A stretch of DNA of 32,000 bases, from the NCBI GenBank assembly GCA_037441475.1, contig JBBISB010000001.1, forward strand, positions 637,465 to 669,464. The letters run 5' to 3'. Shown piece by piece: positions 1 through 8,648 of this stretch. The notes beneath the pieces are model-generated. The model saw only the letters and a list, made by a program, of their open reading frames with translations, made no database searches and was not told the origin of the DNA. Every line of letters begins with the position of its first letter. The stretch's first letter is position 1. The position numbers were made by a program, and so were the translations under genes. Source of the DNA: Candidatus Iainarchaeum sp. GTDB taxonomy: Archaea; Iainarchaeota; Iainarchaeia; Iainarchaeales; CSSED10-239.

Positions 1-255
1 TTAAACCATGTTTCTGTTTCTTGTGCCTCTGTTTTAGCAAAGGTTGTAAGGGATCAAATGATCTCCCAGCTAACAGGAACTGATATATCAGGTTATTCTT
101 CAGATCCTAGTACAATAGATTTTTTAAAAAAATATATTTTAGAACATAAAAAAATACCTCCCTATGCAAGAGACAAATGGGAGACAATAACAAAGGTAAT
201 GAATGAACTTTATCAAAATAAAATAGGGTGGTTTAATGACAAACAATCTAGATGA
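1..255 (+). CDS. 3' end of a CDS entering from upstream of the window (product unknown)
   Basis: The frame of the 58..255 ORF stays open back to base 1 (LNHVSVSCASVLAKVVRDQ-MISQL...), so the listed Met is probably internal. No recognisable motif. Confidence 0.4.
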   Translation, partial: LNHVSVSCASVLAKVVRDQMISQLTGTDISGYSSDPSTIDFLKKYILEHKKIPPYARDKWETITKVMNELYQNKIGWFNDKQSR

Positions 256-616
256 AATTGACAGAGCAATAAAGCAGATGATCTTAGATTTCGCTCGTAA
301 GAATAAACCAGATAAGTCAGAGCCCATTAATCTTAATATCCAGTTTAATAGAAACAAAGAGGACTTTGAGATGTGTGATGACATTGATAGCTTTGTTTTT
401 GATAAAGAGAACATCTACTTAACAATGTACACTCCTCACAACTTAAACAAAATAAGGTTTGATGTTGATAATGATAGAAACATCTTAATGATAAGAAGTC
501 ATGATTTTTCTTTCTATAAAGAAGTATGGCTTGGTTTTAAGGTTGTAAAGGAAAGTGTAGTTTCAAGTTATAAAAACAACATCTTAGAGATTAAACTCTC
601 TATTGAACAGATATAA
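236..616 (+). CDS. small heat-shock protein (Hsp20/alpha-crystallin-like)
   Basis: The C-terminal ~80 aa follow the alpha-crystallin pattern: ...IYLTMYTPHNLNKIRFDVDNDRNILMIRS...FYKEVWLGFKVVKESVVSSYKNNILEIKLS. Compare the family consensus 'kA.y.NGvL.i.lpK'. Overlaps the previous ORF by 20 nt. Confidence 0.5.
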   Translation: MTNNLDEIDRAIKQMILDFARKNKPDKSEPINLNIQFNRNKEDFEMCDDIDSFVFDKENIYLTMYTPHNLNKIRFDVDNDRNILMIRSHDFSFYKEVWLGFKVVKESVVSSYKNNILEIKLSIEQI

Positions 617-1676
617 GTTTTTTAAAGAATAAATCTGTTTTCTTAATAACGAACTTCTTATATTTTTTTGTATCAGGAGAGTATGCTTTTCTCATATCTT
701 TTCTAATTTTTTTAAGTTTTTCAAAAGGTCCATACTGTGTCACTTGATTTTCCTTTATTAAAAGATAGCTTAAGTAGTTTAAGGAAAGAACTGTTGAGTA
801 TTTGTTAACAGTTCCATACTCTAAGGTAAAGTGAATGTTTTCTTTTCCCTTTGAGTTATTAAAAAAACAATTTTCCATTCCACCTATATGGTCTGTTCCT
901 TTTTTTTTTGTACTCTCTGTATTCTTTATTTTTAATCTTTTAACAAATGGTTTTATTTCTTTTGAGTTTAATTTATTTGCAGTAAAAACATCTAAGTTAT
1001 ACTTCTTTGCAGCCCCTGTATGGATGTCTATAAAAACAACTCTCTTGTAACCTGTAGTTATTTTTTTTAATTCTTTTTCTAAAGCCAAGATAGATTTTTC
1101 TTTTTTAAAACCTGCAAAGCAAACTCCTTTAGGATATTTATTTTGTCCTCTTCCTAAAACAGTAATTGTTTTGGAAATCCCATGCTTTTCAATAAGCTTT
1201 ACAACTCTTGTATAGTAGTTTAGTTTTGAAAGTTTTTCATTAACAAGAGGTTTTTTCATATCAAAAAGATTTTCTTCTTTAAAAAGGCGATTTCTTTCAA
1301 AGAAGTTATTAACTTCACTAAAGTCAAGATTGTTGTTTCTATTAAGATCAACATTATTTTCATTATATCTTCTATTATTCTTAAAGCCATAAGGGTTAAG
1401 AGCATGCACTAGAAGAGCACTATACTTTTCTTTTATTTTTTCAAAGTATTTTTCTAAAAAGAAAAGTTGTACAGCACTTCCAGTATACCCCTCCACCCCA
1501 TGTGTTGCAGAGACAAGCACCAGTAATGTTTCTTTCTTCTTTGTTTCATGCAAGGCAAAGTCTATGGTTAAGTCATCAATTATATTTACTTTACTTTTTT
1601 TTAATTTTTTTGTATCTTCTAAAAATTTCTTTCTTGCAGAAAAGTAGTCTTTAGAAAAATATTTTTCATAAATCAT
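600..1676 (-). CDS. M14-family zinc carboxypeptidase/deacylase-like protein (DUF2817-like)
   Basis: HxxE zinc motif in SATHGVEGYTGS and a downstream FIDIHTG histidine, the M14 / succinylglutamate desuccinylase-aspartoacylase-like arrangement. Starts 2 nt after the upstream GH3 gene ends. Confidence 0.6.
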   Translation of the reverse strand: MIYEKYFSKDYFSARKKFLEDTKKLKKSKVNIIDDLTIDFALHETKKKETLLVLVSATHGVEGYTGSAVQLFFLEKYFEKIKEKYSALLVHALNPYGFKNNRRYNENNVDLNRNNNLDFSEVNNFFERNRLFKEENLFDMKKPLVNEKLSKLNYYTRVVKLIEKHGISKTITVLGRGQNKYPKGVCFAGFKKEKSILALEKELKKITTGYKRVVFIDIHTGAAKKYNLDVFTANKLNSKEIKPFVKRLKIKNTESTKKKGTDHIGGMENCFFNNSKGKENIHFTLEYGTVNKYSTVLSLNYLSYLLIKENQVTQYGPFEKLKKIRKDMRKAYSPDTKKYKKFVIKKTDLFFKKLISVQ

Positions 1677-1678
1677 AA

Positions 1679-3427
1679 TTATTCATAACTCTTTTCTATC
1701 TTGAAATTATCTCTAAACTTATGGTCAGGATGTATATTTATTGGTTTTGGGTTTCCTGAACCAACCACTCTTTTCTGATTAAACAAATCATAGCTTCCTT
1801 TCTCTAAGATAGAAACAATAGGAGGATCCATTCTTCCAAACTCCTCTCTCATTTGTTTATAGTCATTAATTATTTCTTTAAGGTTTAAGTCTAGTTTGTT
1901 TTTAAAATCAATAATTTTTTTATCATCTTCTTTTTCTAAAACATCTAATAATATTTCATATCTTGGTTTTTTAGAAAGATCTACAAGGTATGGAAGTAAT
2001 GTGTAGTGTTTAAGCTTAATATCAGTTTCTTTAATAGTTTTATTAATTGCCTTAACAATCTCATCTTCATATGCAAGTTCTCCTGCAATGTTAAGATAAT
2101 TCTCTCTATTGTAAAACTTAATCTCTGGTATCTTTTTAAAAAATCCAGTTACTTTAATGACATCTCCCATGTCATACCTATAAAGTCCTTCCTGAGTTGT
2201 TATTATAACCTTATATTTCTTATTAAGTTTTAATTTTTCAACAGTTATTGTTTCTTTTTTTTCTTTATCAATATCAATAAACTCAAAGAAGGTGGTGTTA
2301 AGTGGAAAAACTCCTGAGATTCCATCTTTAGAAAGCCCAATAGATATTCTTCCTTCAGATGCATTTATCCCAGAATCTCTAATCTCTATTTTCTTTCCAA
2401 TCTTTTCCATTAAAGTATCAATATACATCTCATTTGTCTTTGACCTAAAGCAGCTAACTAAACCTATGTTAGGCCAAATATCAATTGCTTTAAAATCTTT
2501 TATAGCTGAAAGATATTCTGCTCTCTTTGGGTTTGTTTTTTTAATAGTTTTAATAAGCTTATCTCTATTTTTTTTAATATAGTCTAAAAAAAGTATTGCT
2601 TCAATTGGTGCTGTAAAAGCTATCTGTGTAATATTTTCTTGTAAGGCATAGATTGCCATTTTTTTAATTTTTTTATCAAAGTTCATTTCATTATAGACTG
2701 TTATTGGGTTTGATATTTTTCTTTTAACATACCATGGAGATTTGTGTGGAAGATATCCAGATATACTTCCATAAGGTATCTTTCCTTTTGTCTTTCCTTC
2801 AAAGTAAGGTCCTGCAAAGTAAAGGGTTTTTCCATTTGCAATCTTAACATAATCTTTTAAGACATAAACAGCCCAGAGTGCAAATTCTTTGTTATAATTT
2901 TTAATTCTCTGTTTTGTAATAGGTACAAGTTTTATTTTACTTGTAGTTCCAGAGGTAGATGCAAAGTAAACTACTTTGTCTTTTGTAAAAATATTCTGTT
3001 CTCCATTCTTAAGTCTTTCAACATCTTCTAAGATATCAGCAAATTTAATAATAGGCACCTTTCTTTGATACTCTTCAATACTCTTAATTTGAGAGAATGA
3101 ATATTTTTTTCCATACTCTGTATTTTTGTTTCTTTTAATAATCTTAAGTAGAACTTTCTTTTGTGATTTTAAGGGATCAATTAAAGCATCTTGAAAATCA
3201 ATAATCTGTTTTATCTGGTTTAAAATATATCTATAGTTTATCAAGTCATCTTTTATTTTTTCACTTGTTTCTTTTATTTTTTTACTTGTTTTTGTAGATA
3301 TTTTTTTAAGGTCCAAGCTTGTTTCTTTAAAAGTACTGCTTGTCTTTTCAGATATTCTTTTTAAATTTTCACTAGTACTCTTAAGCACACTAGTTGTTTT
3401 TTCTTTTATTTTTTCTATTGTCTTCAT
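1679..3427 (-). CDS. GH3-family adenylate-forming acyl-acid amido synthetase
   Basis: YFASTSGTTSK-IKLVPIT (adenylation motif I) and GLYRYDMGDVIKV (the GH3 'YRYxxGD' motif). Length of 582 aa is typical. The N-terminus carries a Ser/Thr/Lys-rich repeat extension. Confidence 0.75.
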   Translation of the reverse strand: MKTIEKIKEKTTSVLKSTSENLKRISEKTSSTFKETSLDLKKISTKTSKKIKETSEKIKDDLINYRYILNQIKQIIDFQDALIDPLKSQKKVLLKIIKRNKNTEYGKKYSFSQIKSIEEYQRKVPIIKFADILEDVERLKNGEQNIFTKDKVVYFASTSGTTSKIKLVPITKQRIKNYNKEFALWAVYVLKDYVKIANGKTLYFAGPYFEGKTKGKIPYGSISGYLPHKSPWYVKRKISNPITVYNEMNFDKKIKKMAIYALQENITQIAFTAPIEAILFLDYIKKNRDKLIKTIKKTNPKRAEYLSAIKDFKAIDIWPNIGLVSCFRSKTNEMYIDTLMEKIGKKIEIRDSGINASEGRISIGLSKDGISGVFPLNTTFFEFIDIDKEKKETITVEKLKLNKKYKVIITTQEGLYRYDMGDVIKVTGFFKKIPEIKFYNRENYLNIAGELAYEDEIVKAINKTIKETDIKLKHYTLLPYLVDLSKKPRYEILLDVLEKEDDKKIIDFKNKLDLNLKEIINDYKQMREEFGRMDPPIVSILEKGSYDLFNQKRVVGSGNPKPINIHPDHKFRDNFKIEKSYE

Positions 3428-3463
3428 ACTCTTTCAAAAATATTTTTTTAATAAAAAAATAAG

Positions 3464-3536
3464 TGGTCCTGCCCAGGCTCGAACTGGGGATCTCCGCAAT
3501 GTCAATGCGACGTCATAACCACTAGACCACAGGACC
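3464..3536 (-). tRNA. tRNA-Val (anticodon GAC)
   Basis: Reverse complement GGTCCTG-TG-GTCTAGTGGTTATGAC-G-TCGCA-TTGACAT-TGCGG-AGATC-CCCAG-TTCGAGC-CTGGG-CAGGACC-A folds as a 73-nt cloverleaf. 7-bp acceptor stem, TTCGA T-loop, anticodon loop TTGACAT. No encoded CCA and no intron. Confidence 0.9.
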
Positions 3537-3567
3537 TTTATATCTATAATATATGTAAAATAGCTTT

Positions 3568-4506
3568 TTATATCTTTTTAATTTTTAAAATCAGTTCACA
3601 GGCTTTACAAACTTCTTGACTTGTTTCTTCCTTACATATTTTGCATTTTTTTAGTTTCTGTTTGTCTTTTAATAAAGGAGATATGTTTGTAATTTCTTTA
3701 AGCTTTAAAAAACTCTTAACTAAAGAAAACTTAGCTCCTGGGTGCAAAACCTCTGTCTCGTTTAAAAAACTTCTAAAATGATTTCTCTTAGCTGTTCTAA
3801 AGAAAGGACAGTTGCAATCATGGAAAGGTATATTATTGTATAAAGCGTAAGCAGCAATTTCTTTTTCTGGTGTCAAGTAAAATGGCTTAACTCTTGGTTT
3901 TGTTTCTTCCATGTCAATAATACCAGTTGAAGGTCCAGTTCTTAAAAATCTAACCACATCATTATCTAGAAGATTCATCAAAATAGTTTGACATTCATCA
4001 TCTAGGTTATGTCCTGTTAAAAGTTTACTTACATCTTCTCTGTTTGCAAGTCTGTTTAATGTTTTTCTTCTCAAAACTCCACAGTAAGTACAAACAGTTC
4101 CTTCGCGTCTATCATACTTCTCTCCAATCTCTTGAGTTGAGATATCAAATTCTTTTTTATGAGAGGAGGATACAAGTTTTATGTTTTCTTTAAAACAAAA
4201 ATCTTTTACCACTTGATATGTTTTATTTGAGTAGTTGTCTGTTCCTTCGTCTACAAAGATAGCACAAAACTTAATTCTTCTTTCTTTAAATATTTTATTT
4301 ATTAAGTATAATAAAACCATTGAGTCTTTTCCGCCAGAGGTTGCAACTCCAAGATAATCTTTTTGTGAAAAAAGTTTAAACTGTCTTATGGTTTTTTTAA
4401 ATCTATTTTCAAAAAAATCATTAAAGTGATCTTTACATAAATTATGCTTACCATAAGCTAAGTATATCAAAGCATCCTTTGAACATTTTTCACATTTAAT
4501 ATTCAT
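3568..4506 (-). CDS. tRNA 2-thiolation PP-loop ATPase, TtuA/NcsA(Ctu1) family
   Basis: PP-loop SGGKDS. Candidate Fe-S ligand cysteines CTYCG and CNCPFF. N-terminal (CEKCSK...CKDH) and C-terminal (CKICKE...CKAC) zinc-finger-like CxxC pairs, as in TtuA/NcsA proteins. Confidence 0.8.
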   Translation of the reverse strand: MNIKCEKCSKDALIYLAYGKHNLCKDHFNDFFENRFKKTIRQFKLFSQKDYLGVATSGGKDSMVLLYLINKIFKERRIKFCAIFVDEGTDNYSNKTYQVVKDFCFKENIKLVSSSHKKEFDISTQEIGEKYDRREGTVCTYCGVLRRKTLNRLANREDVSKLLTGHNLDDECQTILMNLLDNDVVRFLRTGPSTGIIDMEETKPRVKPFYLTPEKEIAAYALYNNIPFHDCNCPFFRTAKRNHFRSFLNETEVLHPGAKFSLVKSFLKLKEITNISPLLKDKQKLKKCKICKEETSQEVCKACELILKIKKI

Positions 4507-4514
4507 TTTTTAAA

Positions 4515-4694
4515 TCACTTTATAACTTGCAAAACTTCAATCTCAGTTTCTTTCTTAATAACAGTTGATATTGGCCTAAAAGTACCATCTATCTTAACTA
4601 AAACAATCTCTGGACTTATCTTTAAATCTATTAATATCTCTCTTAAGGTTTTATTAAAATCTTCCTTGGTTATTGTAATTTTTTTCTTAATCAT
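4515..4694 (-). CDS. 59-aa ThiS/MoaD-like beta-grasp protein lacking a C-terminal Gly-Gly
   Basis: Hand-translated; below the 60-aa cutoff of the ORF track. Sequence: MIKKKITITKEDFNKTLREILIDLKISPEIVLVKIDGTFRPISTVIKKETEIEVLQVIK*. The pattern 'pe.v.V.vNG..v.....i...d.ieil.vv' matches ThiS/MoaD, but it ends in VIK rather than GG. Its stop lies 8 nt upstream of the thiolase start. Confidence 0.45.
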   Translation of the reverse strand: MIKKKITITKEDFNKTLREILIDLKISPEIVLVKIDGTFRPISTVIKKETEIEVLQVIK

Positions 4695-4727
4695 ATTAAA
4701 TCAACAGGTTTTTAGTTATTTTTAATA

Positions 4728-4754
4728 AAAATAAGCTCAATTTAAGCTTATTTT
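4728..4754. repeat. 10-bp perfect inverted repeat AAAATAAGCT-n7-AGCTTATTTT in a divergent promoter region
   Basis: Read directly from the sequence. Lies between the ThiS-like/thiolase operon (-) and rpl15e (+). Confidence 0.6.
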
Positions 4755-4852
4755 TCCATCTAATATATAAATCTTTTGTTTCATAATTATATATTATTAT
4801 TTACTTTAAAATAATATAAGTTTAAAACAAATTAAAAAGAGTGTGATTTTTT

Positions 4853-5461
4853 ATGACAACAGCAAGCCAATATATAAAAAAAACTATAGAGAACGAGTAT
4901 AAGAAAACAAGAGATGCTAATTACGACTATAGAAAAGTATATTCAAAAAAATTAATAGATTTTAGAAAATTAGAAGGTTCTATTGTAAAGGTTGATAAAC
5001 CATCTAATATTGTTAGAGCAAGAGAACTTGGTTACAAAGCAAAGCAAGGTATTATTGTTGTCTTTGTAAAGGTAAGAAAAGGTTCTGGTTTAATCTTAAG
5101 ACCAAAGAATGCTAGAAGACCAAAGAGAATGGGAATTAATAAAATAACAAGGAGAATCTCAATTCAAAGAATGGCTGAGCAAAAAGCAGACAAGGCTTAT
5201 GAAAATTTAGAAGTTTTAAACTCTTACTATGTTGGAGAAGACGGTCAAAAGAAATATTTTGAAGTTATAATGATTGATCCAAACCACCCATCAATAGTAA
5301 ACGATATGGATCTTAATTGGATAGTTTCTGAAAAGCATAAAAAAAGAGCTCAAAGAGGTCTTACAAGTGCTGGAAGAAAGAATAGAGGTCTTGTAAAGAA
5401 AGGAAACGGTACTGAAAAGAACGGTCCTTCAAACAGAGCTAAATTAAGAAAAGCTAAATAG
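4853..5461 (+). CDS. rpl15e: 50S/large-subunit ribosomal protein eL15
   Basis: Full-length basic protein with eL15 signature stretches (YIKK...YRKV..., VRKGSG, RPKRMG, GLTSAGRKNRGL). GAGTGTGA Shine-Dalgarno-like element upstream. Confidence 0.9.
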   Translation: MTTASQYIKKTIENEYKKTRDANYDYRKVYSKKLIDFRKLEGSIVKVDKPSNIVRARELGYKAKQGIIVVFVKVRKGSGLILRPKNARRPKRMGINKITRRISIQRMAEQKADKAYENLEVLNSYYVGEDGQKKYFEVIMIDPNHPSIVNDMDLNWIVSEKHKKRAQRGLTSAGRKNRGLVKKGNGTEKNGPSNRAKLRKAK

Positions 5462-5494
5462 TTATAAACCTTTTCTTTCTTTATCTTTTATATT

Positions 5495-5761
5495 ATGGTA
5501 TATATGGATAATATCTTATATTTGAGTGCATTTACACACATCATCTGGATTGTACTCTTAATAGTAATTTCAGTTGTTATATACTCATGGACAAAAAGCA
5601 AAATATCAAACAACACAATGTCTGTTGTAATAACAATTATTATTGTATATTTATTATTTGTACAATACCCTCATTTCGTGTGGTTTGCAGTTGTTGGTGC
5701 TTTAATAATATCAATAAGTAAACCTGACTTTAGTAAATTAATGAAGGATTTTAGAATTTAA
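5495..5761 (+). CDS. small integral membrane protein (3 predicted TM helices)
   Basis: An ORF of hydrophobic helices in the same orientation as rpl15e. No family recognised. Confidence 0.4.
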   Translation: MVYMDNILYLSAFTHIIWIVLLIVISVVIYSWTKSKISNNTMSVVITIIIVYLLFVQYPHFVWFAVVGALIISISKPDFSKLMKDFRI

Positions 5762-5776
5762 GAAAGTGATTATAGT

Positions 5777-6082
5777 TTGGAAGCAATATTGACTAGGATT
5801 TTTTTACTTGTTATTATTATTCTATGTATCAATTATAATTTTTTAATTTTTATTCCTTTTATTTTAGGTATATACTTTTTATTTGAGAAAAGTTGGTGGA
5901 ATCTTTTGGTGTTAGGAGGTTATGTTGTAATTTTCTTTCTAATGGCAAGTGATGTTCCTTTCCTTCTTTATTCAACAATTATTCTTTTATTAATAGTTAT
6001 TATTACAAATTACTTTTCTGGAAGTAAAGAGAAAGAAGATACTGGAGATATTGATTTCAGTAAACTTTTTGGAAACATGTAA
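5777..6082 (+). CDS. small integral membrane protein with an acidic C-terminal tail
   Basis: TTG start in the ORF track. Three hydrophobic segments followed by SGSKEKEDTGDIDF. No family recognised. Confidence 0.4.
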   Translation: MEAILTRIFLLVIIILCINYNFLIFIPFILGIYFLFEKSWWNLLVLGGYVVIFFLMASDVPFLLYSTIILLLIVIITNYFSGSKEKEDTGDIDFSKLFGNM

Positions 6083-6111
6083 GTCTTTTAAAAAAAGAGG
6101 GTTTTTAAAAA

Positions 6112-6513
6112 ATGCACAAGATAGTTAAGTCATCTGTAAGGGCTGTTAAAAAAGAAGTTAAATCTTTTTTATTAAAACCAAAACCCTCTCTTCATTCAAC
6201 AAACAGAGGAAAAGATAATCCTTCTTTGTTTAATAGAGGAAAAGAATTTGTTGTTGATATCTTAAAGTTTAAAACTAAAAGACCATCAAAAGAAAGCTCT
6301 ATGGAGTTTATAAAAAAAAATAAAAGTTTCTTTTCTAAAAGTAATTTAAAGGCTCTTCTAGCTTACATCTTCTCTGATTTTTCTATGGACCAGATAGAGG
6401 ACATGATACGATATATCTTTGGGAATCTATCAGAAGAGCAAAGAGATAATGTTTTACTTGACATTATCGAACATATAAACGAGAAAGAGTATGGGTTTTT
6501 ATTAAAGGATTAA
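6112..6513 (+). CDS. hypothetical protein (basic N-terminus, helical C-terminus)
   Basis: ORF preceded by AGAGGG. Contains an in-frame A9 run (6312-6320). No family recognised. Confidence 0.4.
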   Translation: MHKIVKSSVRAVKKEVKSFLLKPKPSLHSTNRGKDNPSLFNRGKEFVVDILKFKTKRPSKESSMEFIKKNKSFFSKSNLKALLAYIFSDFSMDQIEDMIRYIFGNLSEEQRDNVLLDIIEHINEKEYGFLLKD

Positions 6514-6520
6514 TAAAAAC

Positions 6521-7102
6521 TTATTTTAGTTTATTTAAAATATTTCTATTTTCTTCTAAAATATCTTTCATAATTTTTGTAAGTCCATTCATCTGTGCTT
6601 TAAGTTCTCTTACTTGCTCTTCAATTTCAGAAAGTTGTTTTGAATCAATTGTAGGTGCTATTGGTTTTTCTTTTTTTAAATTTTTAATAATATCTTCCTG
6701 ATTAATTTTATTAACATCACTTGTAGTTTTCTTAAGCTCTGTTTCTAAAAAATCTTCATATTTACTTTTGTTTTTTTCTATAAAATCTGTTTTAGTTGTT
6801 TTTTTAGAAATTACTTCTTTTTCAGGTTCTTCTTCATCAAGTTCTTCTTGAGAAATCTCTTCCTCTTCTTGAGAAGCATCTTCTTTTACAGAAGATAAAT
6901 TTTCTTCCTTTTCTTTTTTAACAGAAGTTAAAGGTTCTTCTTTCTTTTCTGTTTTTCTTGATGCTAAAACAGCATTATAATTATTTTCAATATCTTCTTC
7001 ATCAACACCTATGTCTTTAAGTGTCGAATAAATAGTTTCTTTATCTATATTAGCATCCATTAGTTCAATAATGGTGTCTTGAATTAATTTTTTTTCAACC
7101 AT
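6521..7102 (-). CDS. hypothetical acidic coiled-coil protein with a small N-terminal helical (UBA-like?) domain
   Basis: N-terminal IIELMDANIDKETIYSTLKDIGVDEEDIENNY, then a long E/K/S-rich linker, then a C-terminal heptad-like segment SEIEEQVRELKAQMNGLTKIMKDILEEN. Confidence 0.45.
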   Translation of the reverse strand: MVEKKLIQDTIIELMDANIDKETIYSTLKDIGVDEEDIENNYNAVLASRKTEKKEEPLTSVKKEKEENLSSVKEDASQEEEEISQEELDEEEPEKEVISKKTTKTDFIEKNKSKYEDFLETELKKTTSDVNKINQEDIIKNLKKEKPIAPTIDSKQLSEIEEQVRELKAQMNGLTKIMKDILEENRNILNKLK

Positions 7103-7211
7103 ACTTAATCTATATTCTAAACTATAATAGTTAATATCTTAAATGTAAGTTATTAAAAATGTTTTGTTTTAAATAATAAATATAATATATAATTTTACGA
7201 GATTTTTAAAT

Positions 7212-8648
7212 ATGATATCCTTAAACACATGGAACACTTTATATGAAGGCAAGTATGCTGATCAAGAGCTTAGTGTTCTCTATAAAGACGATATCTTTGT
7301 TTCTTTCTTAAGGTTAAGAGATAAAACAAATGTCTTAATACAGGTATATAAGGTTTTTGTTGTTAAAGGAGAGATTGAAACTTTTGCATCCACTCTTCCA
7401 TACCCTGCTATTGTTTATCATAAGCATGTGGATATTGGTTCTTCAAATAACTTTAAGTATCTTTTATTACATACAGACACAGAGTATATAGATGTAAATA
7501 CTCTTTCATATCATGTAGATAAAAAAATAACTGAACTAAATAAAATGATTGGTTCTGTAATCTCTGTTGTTAAGTCATATAACATTAAGTTAATTTCTTT
7601 AAAACTTGCAGAAAAAAGAGATAATGATTATTTTTTTTCAGATCCTGAAATCTTAAAATCACTTTCAAACATGCCTCTTTCCTTAGACTTTAAATCTTCA
7701 ACACCTTTAGATAAGTTAATCCTAGGTAAAAAGAAAGACGTAACAGTTACAACCTCTCTTTCAAACCTAAAGAATGTAACCGTCTATGGTCCTCTTCTTG
7801 ATGAAAGGTTGTTTGTTTCAAAGTTAATATGTGAAAATTATTTACTTTCTTCAAAAACAGTTATTGTCTTTGATACTTTAAACAACTATGTTAGTTTAGG
7901 GTATCCTCAACAAAACTCCAAGGTCTTAGAGGACTTTGAACTTAATATGGATGCTTTTGGTTTTCCAGTTAAAAAAATAAATTACTTAGATATTAATATT
8001 CCTCTAAGCAAAATACCTTTTGATGCTTTTGTAAATCTTTTTTCTTTTAAGGATGTTTCTTTAAAGATAATAAACCAGGTTTACAGTAAAGATATAATCA
8101 CTGTTAAAGATCTTATTTCAAGTGTTAAAAAAATAAAAGTTGATCAAGAGATTAATGATTTTGAAAAACAAAGAGTAATTTCAAAATTAATGGTCTTAGA
8201 TAAAAAATATGGTTCTTTCTTTGGAAAATCAGATATTTCTTTACTTTTTAAACAAAGATATCAAAATATTGGTTCTGTAAAGATAATTACCTTAAACCCT
8301 AAAGACCCTATTTACCCTTTCTTTATAAAAAACCTTGTTGAAGAGATTTCTTTGTCTGTTAAAGATGAGGTTTTATTGGTTTTTCCTGAGTTAAGTGCTG
8401 TTTTCAATAATCTTTATTTAGGAAGCAGTATAATGCAGACAATAAAAGATAATTCCACCTTAAACTCCTTAATAACAAGCAAGTCTGAAAATGACTTTAG
8501 GGAGGGTGTTTTTCCAGGTGTAAAGATACATGCCATAAAGGATAATGATGCTGTTATCTATTACCCTAACAGAGACCCTATAAGGCTTCTTTTAAGACCT
8601 ACTTTTACATCTAGTGTTATTAATTATAAGCTTAAGGACAAGTTTTAG
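7212..8648 (+). CDS. hypothetical protein, 478 aa (possibly a degenerate HerA/DUF87-like P-loop fold)
   Basis: Long ORF with a TATA-like AT box upstream. No intact Walker A. See the finding on the degenerate motif layout. Confidence 0.55.
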   Translation: MISLNTWNTLYEGKYADQELSVLYKDDIFVSFLRLRDKTNVLIQVYKVFVVKGEIETFASTLPYPAIVYHKHVDIGSSNNFKYLLLHTDTEYIDVNTLSYHVDKKITELNKMIGSVISVVKSYNIKLISLKLAEKRDNDYFFSDPEILKSLSNMPLSLDFKSSTPLDKLILGKKKDVTVTTSLSNLKNVTVYGPLLDERLFVSKLICENYLLSSKTVIVFDTLNNYVSLGYPQQNSKVLEDFELNMDAFGFPVKKINYLDINIPLSKIPFDAFVNLFSFKDVSLKIINQVYSKDIITVKDLISSVKKIKVDQEINDFEKQRVISKLMVLDKKYGSFFGKSDISLLFKQRYQNIGSVKIITLNPKDPIYPFFIKNLVEEISLSVKDEVLLVFPELSAVFNNLYLGSSIMQTIKDNSTLNSLITSKSENDFREGVFPGVKIHAIKDNDAVIYYPNRDPIRLLLRPTFTSSVINYKLKDKF

